Part shown: piece after piece, positions 55,051 to 64,000 of the stretch | Position numbering within the stretch: position 1 is the first letter of the stretch | Layout of the letters: each line of letters starts with the position of its first letter | Program-made: the position numbers and the translations under genes | Assembly (NCBI RefSeq): GCF_009914755.1 | Contig: NC_060940.1 | Length of the DNA: 64,000 nt | Strand: one strand, 5' to 3' | Source of the DNA: the human T2T-CHM13v2.0 reference genome, Homo sapiens | Notes under the pieces: generated by a model | What the model saw: only the letters and a program-made list of their open reading frames with translations | What the model was told of the DNA's origin: nothing | Database searches by the model: none

Positions 55051-55463
55051 TAGCCAGGATGGTCTCGATCTCTTGACCTTGTGAGCCACCGTGTCTAGCC
55101 TTTTTTTTTTTTTTCTTTTTTTTTTTTTTGAGATGGAGTTTCACTCTTGTTGTCCAGACTGGAGTGCAATGGCGCCATCTCAGCTCACCACGACCTCCAC
55201 CTCCCGGGTTCATGCAATTCCCTACCTCAGCCTCCCGAGTAGCTGGGATTACAGGCATGTGCCACCATGCTTGGCTAATTTTTTGTATTTTTAGTAGAGA
55301 CAGGGTTTCTCCATGTTGGTCAGGCTAGTTTTGAACTCCTCATCTCAGGTGATCTACCCACCTCGGCCTCATAAAGTGCTGGGATTACAGGTGTGAGCCA
55401 CCGCGCCTGGCCACTGAGTGGTTTTTAATATATTCACAACCATCACCATTATGTAATTTGTGA

Positions 55464-55623
<160 letters not shown>

Positions 55624-55680
55624 TAGCTGGGATTACAGGAGCCTGCCACCACACCCGGCTGATTTTTGTACTTTTAGTAG

Positions 55681-55809
<129 letters not shown>

Positions 55810-56435
55810 TGAGACAGACTCTGTCTCCCAAGCTGGAATGCAATGGCACAACCATGGCTCACTGCAGCTTCAACCTCCCAGGCTCAAGCGATTCTTCCAC
55901 CTCACTGGGACTGTAGGCACATGCCACCGCACCAGCTGTTTTTTTTTGTTTTACTTTTTGTAGAGATGGGGTCTCACTATGTTGCTTAGGGTGGTCTCGA
56001 ACTCCTGGCTGGGTTCAAGTGATCCTTCCACTTTGGCCTCCCATGAACCATTTTAAATGCTTTTTGAGAACTGCAAAGCAGTTTTTATGGTGATCACTAC
56101 CACCGGACACTGTGCTAGATGGTTTACATTATCACTAATTCTCCTAATACTGCACTGTATAGAAGAACTGTTTAATTTTAGAACATATCTGGTGATAGCT
56201 TGATTTTACAGCTGAGGAAACTGAGGCCAGGAGGCTAAGTTAACCTTCAAAAGTCGTATTATCTGTTTCCTGGTACAGCCAGGACCCAGACCCACTTATT
56301 TTTTACCCCTAAGTCTGTTCTTTGCATACTACACTACTGCTAATAAGTAATCATTAGGTAAGTTGATGCAAACTCCACATACCACCTTCCAAAGCCTTAT
56401 TTAGAGTTATTTTGGTCCACCAAGTTACTCTACTG

Positions 56436-56640
56436 ATATATATATATCATAAATATATCATATATAAATTATATGTGATATATATAATATATGTTATATA
56501 TATAATTTATATATCACATATTTATATGTAATATATATCACATAAATTATATATAATATATAAATATATAATATATAAATTATATGTCAATATATATAGC
56601 ATTATGTTCTAAGACACACACATATATATGTATATATAAC
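56436..56640. repeat. Degenerate (TA)n / AT-rich low-complexity tract
   Basis: Direct reading. Confidence 0.9.
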
Positions 56641-57402
56641 GTTCTAAGACTTTCAGGGATTCCTGTACTGTTGATAGTACCAAATCCTATATATGTGCTG
56701 TTTTTTTCCTATACAGATATACATATATACGTATGATAAAGTTTAGTTTATAAATTAGGCACAGTAAGAGATTAACAACCTTAACTAATAATAAAGTAGA
56801 ACGTGGCCGGGCAAGGCTGCTCACAGCTATAATCTCAATGTTTTGGGAGACCAAGGCAGGAGGATTGCTTGAGTCCAGGAGTTTGAGACCAGCCTGGGCA
56901 ATATGAGACCCTGTCTGTACAAAAAAGTTTAAAAATTAGCCGGGTATGGTGGCATGCACCTGTAGTCCTAGCTATTTGGGAGGCTGAGGTGGGAGAATTG
57001 CTTGAACCTAGGAGTTTGAGCCTACAGTGAACTATGATTGAGCCATGACACTCTAGCCTGGGCAATAGAGCAAAACCCTGTCTCCAAAAAACTAAAAGTT
57101 TAAAAAAATAAAGTGGAACACTAATAACAATATACAGTAATCAATGTAAAATTAAGGTTATTTGAACATAAGCACTGCCATACTGCAGCAGGATGGCCAC
57201 TAAGTAACTAATGGACACATTCCTTATAAAACATGGATGTGCTGGACAAAGAGATGATTCACCTCTCTGGAGAGAAGGAGTGCAATTTAAAACTTATGAA
57301 TTGTTTATTTCTGGAATTTTTCATATAATATTTTTGGACCGTGATTGACTGTGAGTAACTGAAATCATGGAGAGCAAAACTGTGGCTAAGCGGGGACTAC
57401 TG
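56640..57402. mobile_element. Tigger2/MER28-like element split by an Alu (about 56806-57110 +)
   Basis: End ...ggggactactg|ta; internal gtttataaattaggcacagtaagagattaacaa. Confidence 0.75.
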
Positions 57403-57529
57403 TACTTGATGCATTTTCCTTTTAGGAATTCTTTTAAGTTATTTTTCATTTGTTAGATGTGTCTTACAAAGAATAGATAAAAACATGTACATTTTAGGAA
57501 TAATAATAAAAGGAACATAGGTATAGTAG

Positions 57530-58201
57530 GACTGATGTTCCGTATGGTAGCTATTATACAATCCACATGTGGCTGTTGAACACTTATAATGTCGCTAGTG
57601 TGAATTCACATGTGATGTGTGAAAAAACACAAACCAGATTTTGAAACCTGGTATGAAAAACAAAAATAATGTAATGTATTTATATGGATCCAAAATGTAA
57701 TATATATATGGATCCAAATATATGTATATATATCCAAAATATATATCCAAAATAATGTAATATATTGCTATATATATATATGTACACACACACATACATA
57801 TATGGATCCAGTTTTATACTCATTATTTTTTCTGGGTTTGTTTCACAGTGTGTTTTTGTATGTATTTCTATCAACTTAACTAAATTAGTTTTCTAAGTGT
57901 CATCATGAATAGCATAACCTGCCACGTTTATGTAAAACGTGAGAAATGTCTAAATGACCAACATATATAGGTAAAATGTTTAAGCTGAGAGCCTTATTTC
58001 AAGTCTACGTTAAATGTATTATATGATTTTGGTGTTTTTTTTGTGTTTTTTTTTTTCTGAGTTGGAGTCTCGCTCTGTTGCCCAGGCTGGAGCGCAGTGG
58101 CGTGATCTTGGCTCACTGCAACCTCCACCTTCTGGGTTTTAAGCTATTCTCCTGCCTCAGCCTCCTGAGTAGCTGGGATTACAGGCATATATATATATGT
58201 G

Positions 58202-58239
<38 letters not shown>

Positions 58240-58960
58240 TACATATATATAGCAATAGGAATATATATATATATTTTGAGACAAGTTCTGGCTCTGTCAC
58301 CCAAGCTGGAGTGCCGTGACACGATCTCAGCTCTCTGCAACCTCTGTCTCCCAGGCTCAAGCCCTCCTCCCATGTTGCCCAGGCTGGTCTCGAACTTGTG
58401 AGCTCAAGTGATCCACCTGCCTCAGCCTCCCGCAGTGCTGGGATTGCAGGCGTGAGCCACTGTGCCTGACCCAAGATATTGCTTGCTTGATACCATGTTG
58501 AAAATTTTAGATGTTTTGAGTTAAGTAACATTATTAAAATTAATTTCACCTCTTTTTACTTTTTAAAAAATACCTACTAGGCCGAGTGCAGTTACTCATG
58601 CCTGTAATCCTAGCACTTTGGGAGGCCAAGGTGGGAAGATTGCATGAAGCCAGGAGTCCGAGACCAGCCTGGTCAACATAGTGAGACCCCATCCTTAAAA
58701 AATAAAAACATTTTTTAAGTGACTGGGCATAGTGGGGTGTGCCTGTAGTCCTAGCTCCTGGAGAGGCTGAAGTGGGAGGTTTGCTTGAGCCCAGGAGTTC
58801 AAGGCTGTAGTGAGCTGTGATGGTGCCACTGCAATCCAACCTGGGTGAAGGAGGGAGACCCTGTCTCTTAAAAAAAAAAAAATGCCTGCTAGACAATTTA
58901 CAGTTACATATGTGGCTTGCATTTGTGATTCACATTATATATTTCTGTTGAACAGTACTG
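57530..58960. mobile_element. MER33/MER3-like hAT element broken by a complex insertion (about 57680-58475) and an Alu (58580-58882)
   Basis: ccacatgtggctgttgaacactt... on the left; ...acatatgtggcttgcatttgtgattcacattatatttctgttgaacag on the right. Confidence 0.7.
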
Positions 58961-59486
58961 CCTGCACAGTTGGCCAGGTATGGTGGCTCACACCTATAAT
59001 TGCAGCACTTTCAGAGGTTAAGGAGGGAGGATTACTTGAGCCCAGGAGTTACAGACCAGCCCGGGCAACAAAGTGAGACCCCATCTCTACAAAAAAATAA
59101 AATAATTAGCCAGGTGTCGTGATACAGGCCTGTAGTCCCAGCTACTTGGGAGGCTGAGGCAGGAGGATCCCTTGAGTCCTGGAAATCAAGGTTGCAGTGA
59201 GCTGTGTTCATACCACAGAGCAAGATGCTATCTCAAAATGAGTCCTGGAAATCAAGGCTGCAGTGAGCCGTGTTCATACCACAGAGCAAGATGCTATCTC
59301 AAAAAAAAAAAAAAGAAAAAAAGAGAAAGAAAACTTTACAGTTCTTTTCCTCAACCCGTCTCCCCCCACAAAATAATCACTATCCTGATTGATGTATTTG
59401 TTCCCTTACTTTTCTTTGTCATTTTATTTCCTGTGCATATATCTCTAAATAACGCATTGTTTAGTTTTTAAAAAAAATGAAACTAG

Positions 59487-59752
<266 letters not shown>

Positions 59753-62419
59753 TAGCCAGGCTGGTCTCGATCTCCTGACCTTGTGATCCACACTCTTCGG
59801 CCTCCCAAAGTGCTGGGATTACAAGCGTGAGCCACCGCACCCAGCCTTCTAATGTCACTTTCAGATGCAGCTCCTAGAAGATGAGCTGAACAGAATCTTA
59901 GGGTCAAGTCCGGATTCAGCTTCCCTGTGAATTTTTAGAGCCTCCCTGGGGAAGCTTGTGAGCACAGTCATGAGTGGATTATGGGAAACCTAGGGCTCAC
60001 ACTGGAGTTAGGGCATCTGGCACACTGAAACCATTGCTCACCGTGTGCCGGAGATGTGGAGGAATATGGTCAGAGGGAGTTAGCTGCTCTGGTATTTTCT
60101 GCTTCTAGGCTCACCATGACCTACCTTCTTTTATCCTTTTTTTTTTTTTTTAATTTCTTTTGTCAAAATTGATGTCTCATTCCAGAGCTACCTTCTTTTC
60201 ACAGGAGTGAGTCAAAGCACATCACCTTTGTCAGCTCAAATGAGTGTCCTTAGCTGGTCCCAGCAGTGGGGAAGGCTTATATATGAGCATTTTGCCCTCA
60301 GGATCTTGGTGATGACCATCCTCAGAATGTCCATCTCTTCAATCTAGACTGATTGTCCTCTATATCCAGCGCACTGCTTTCATACTGATTTCTGTGTTCA
60401 TCCTCTGCTGTGAGGGGCTTTTTTGTTTTTTTCTTTTTGTTTCTTTTTCAGTTTTTCTGTCTTCCTGTTTCTTGGTTTACGGTCTCTTTGTGGATAACAG
60501 AGTTGTTGCATATTTGAAGTGTCTTTATTCTACGATACTTTATTGTAAGTTTGTCTTGTTCTAGAGTTTGAGGTTAGAGATTATTTTCGTTAAGAAGGCC
60601 TTGTTTCATTGTCTTGGTTTAAATGTTGCAGTTGAAAATCTCTGAAGTCATTGTGTTTCCTGATCTGTTTGTGACCAATTTCCCCGTCTTTGGAAGTTTG
60701 TAAAATCTTTGTCTCCATGTTTTGGTATTTATCTATGATGTAACCTAGTGTCGGTCCACAGTCATTCCTTGTGCAGGGTACTTGCCAGCCCTTTACAGTA
60801 TGGCAGCTGTGTCCTTCGTAAGGAAATTTTCTTATATTAATTGATGACTTCCTTTCTTATATTTTTTCTATTCTTTTCTGGAACATCTACTATTTGGATG
60901 TTAGACCCACAGGAATGATCCTGTTACCTTATTTTCTTACTGTCTCTTTTGTCTTTTTGGTCTACCTTCCAGAAGATTTCCTCTACTTTATCTTCAGAGT
61001 CTTATATTGGGTCTTAATTTCTACTATATTTCAACAGAGCTTTTTGTTTGTTTGTTTGTTTTGAGACGGAGTCTCGCTCTGTCGCCCAGGCTGGAGTGCA
61101 GTGGTGCGATCTCGCCTCACTGCAAGCTCCGCCTCCCGGGTTCACGCCATTCTCCTGCCTCAGCCTCCCACGCGTAGCTGGGACTAGAGGTGCCCACCAC
61201 CACGCCTGGCTAATTTTTTGTATTTTTTTTTTTTTTTTTAGTAGAGACAGGGTTTCACCAAGAGCTCTTTTTTGTGTGTGCTACAAATGTTCCTTTTTTG
61301 TTAGTATCCTCTTCTTGTTTATCGGGTACATTTTATCTGAGAATCTAGCTGGTAGATTTTTACTGCTTTACATCACTTCAGAGGAAATGGCTGCAACTGA
61401 AGGGTGAAAGTCAGAATTTATCTTGGCTCAGCTTTTCATGTAAGAAAAGAAAAATACAGTGAAACCAAATTAAAATAATTATGTGGAGAGCATATTGGTG
61501 GCAAGTTAATACATTTTTATGACTTTTTGGAGGGTCTAATTTATTCTTAACAGAAGTCTGAGTTTAGTATCCATTTATTGAATATGTATTTATATGTGTA
61601 TACGCACACACACACAGTGTATTAAATCTATTGAATTCCAGACACTTTCTTTTTTTTTTTTTTTTTTTTTTTTTTTGAGACGGAGTCTCGCTCTGTCGCC
61701 CAGGCTGGAGTGCAGTGGCGCATCTCGGCTCACTGCAAGCTCCGCCTCCCGGGTTCACGCCATTCTCCTGCCTCAGCCTACTGAGTAGGTGCCCGCCACC
61801 ACGCCCAGCTGATTTTTTTGTATTTTTTTAGTAGAGATGGGGTTTCACTGTGTTAGCCATGATGGTCTCGATCTCCTGACCTCGTGATCCATCTGCCTCG
61901 GCCTCCCAAAGTGCTGGGATTACAGGTGTGAGCCACCACACCCGGCCTCCAGACACTTTCTTTAGTTTTTCATTTTATGATTTCTCTTTTGGACTGTAAG
62001 ATGATCGGTAAATTACATTAAATCACTATAGAAGAAGCTATTTTTACACATACATGCAACCCAGTTATGATTCAGAGGCAAACAAGATTGAATGACTGTA
62101 GAGATTATCTGACAGTTGAGCAGCTGACTGTCCATTTATGAACAGGGAGGTGCATGTGGCTAAAGGAGGATGAGTCAGAACCAAGTATCTTCTAAAGGAA
62201 TCTGTTGAATAGACTACAGAAATGATTACAGCAAGCGACAGGGTACATACTTCTTCAGTGGAATATCTTGTTTTCTTGGGTGCCTATGGCCATCCCAGTA
62301 TTACTGTTGGATGATTCATTGGTCTGTGGGTAGGAACAACTCTTCATTGTCAGGGAAAAAACAGCATGTCTCCTTTGGAAAGAAATTACTGTCAGTGTTG
62401 CTGTGATGTTCTCTATGTT

Positions 62420-62800
62420 TTATAAGTTTTCATTTTGTGCTTTTTGTTGGTGATTTCACTGTTTAAAATGGCCCACAAGCATAATGTTAAAGTGCAGTCT
62501 AGTATTCCTTAAATGCAAGAAGGCCGTAATGTGCCTTATGGAGAAAATGTACATGTTAGATAAGTTCCCTTCAGTCATGAGTTACAGTGCTGTCAGCTGT
62601 GAGTTCAGTGTTAGTGAATCAGCAATATATATTGAAGATGATGTCTGAACAGAAGCATACATAAAACAAAATTATGTATTGATCAGTTGAGGAAGATGTT
62701 AGGCTAGAAGGAACCTACGTCTGCATTTCCCCTAGGAACAGTGGTTTAGTGTTCACTGATACAGTGTTCATGTAGATTTGATAGAGTATAACAATGGCAA
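62420..62800. mobile_element. MER44/Tigger7-like fragment
   Basis: tttttgttggtgatttcactgtttaaaatggccc...tgtgccttatggagaaaat...gttagataag. Confidence 0.7.
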
Positions 62801-62971
62801 GTCGTGTGTGTGTGTATGTGTGTAGGCTTAATGGTTTTCTTTACCCAGTATTTACTATGTTTTTTTCCATTAACAGCATAATGTAAACATCCCGTGTAAC
62901 ATGCTTGTTTTTGGTGGTGAGGGATGCTTGTTTTTGGTGGTCAAGGATCAGCAGACCTGCCTGGATTCTAG

Positions 62972-63192
<221 letters not shown>

Positions 63193-63203
63193 TGATCTCT
63201 TGA

Positions 63204-63656
<453 letters not shown>

Positions 63657-64000
63657 TGATCATTTACCATTATTTACAAAAATCCCCTGAGAATGAACAT
63701 TCTTGTAATAGAATTTTTTTTTACATCTTTGATTAAGTTTTAGGCTAATTCACAGACGTGGCATTGCTGTGTCAAAGGAAAATGCACCCTTATTCCCCCA
63801 AATTGCCTTCCCAAAATCATTAGCCAGTTTACCCTCCCCCTGACAATGTAATATAACCTGTTTTCCCTCCTGATACATGTTATTGAAATGTTTTTCAATT
63901 TATTTTAATATTTGTTTTAAAATAGTTATCTTGTTCTGATTTAATATGTTAGTGAACTTTTTTTCATAATTTTTGGTTAGTTATGTTAATTTTGTTCTAA

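Overview
This is Alu-dense primate DNA, recognisable as human 16q22.1. It carries two + strand protein-coding genes. (1) CES4A (carboxylesterase 4A) coding exons 2-14 lie at 1927-15435, with AATAAA at 16008; exon 1 (signal peptide) is upstream of the window. The 13 exons splice by GT-AG in one frame and keep the Ser-Glu-His triad. (2) The CBFB CpG-island promoter and coding exons 1-3 lie at 35701-43048, followed by about 21 kb of intron 3. Between the genes are a MER31-like solo LTR, an orphan CpG island and a full-length 7SL retrocopy. Most of the ORF track is Alu or CpG-island noise. I found no new gene system, and I cannot check novelty without databases. The strongest unexplained structures are: two independent duplications of CES4A splice sites (exon 2 acceptor, exon 9 donor), each giving an in-frame, stop-containing alternative; a consensus donor just upstream of the exon 11 acceptor; a two-segment, order-swapped copy of CBFB intron 3 DNA inserted about 14 kb downstream; and a decayed ~22-bp repeat rich in AGAACA. 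Exon coordinates were read base by base. Repeat boundaries and subfamilies are approximate and assigned by eye.
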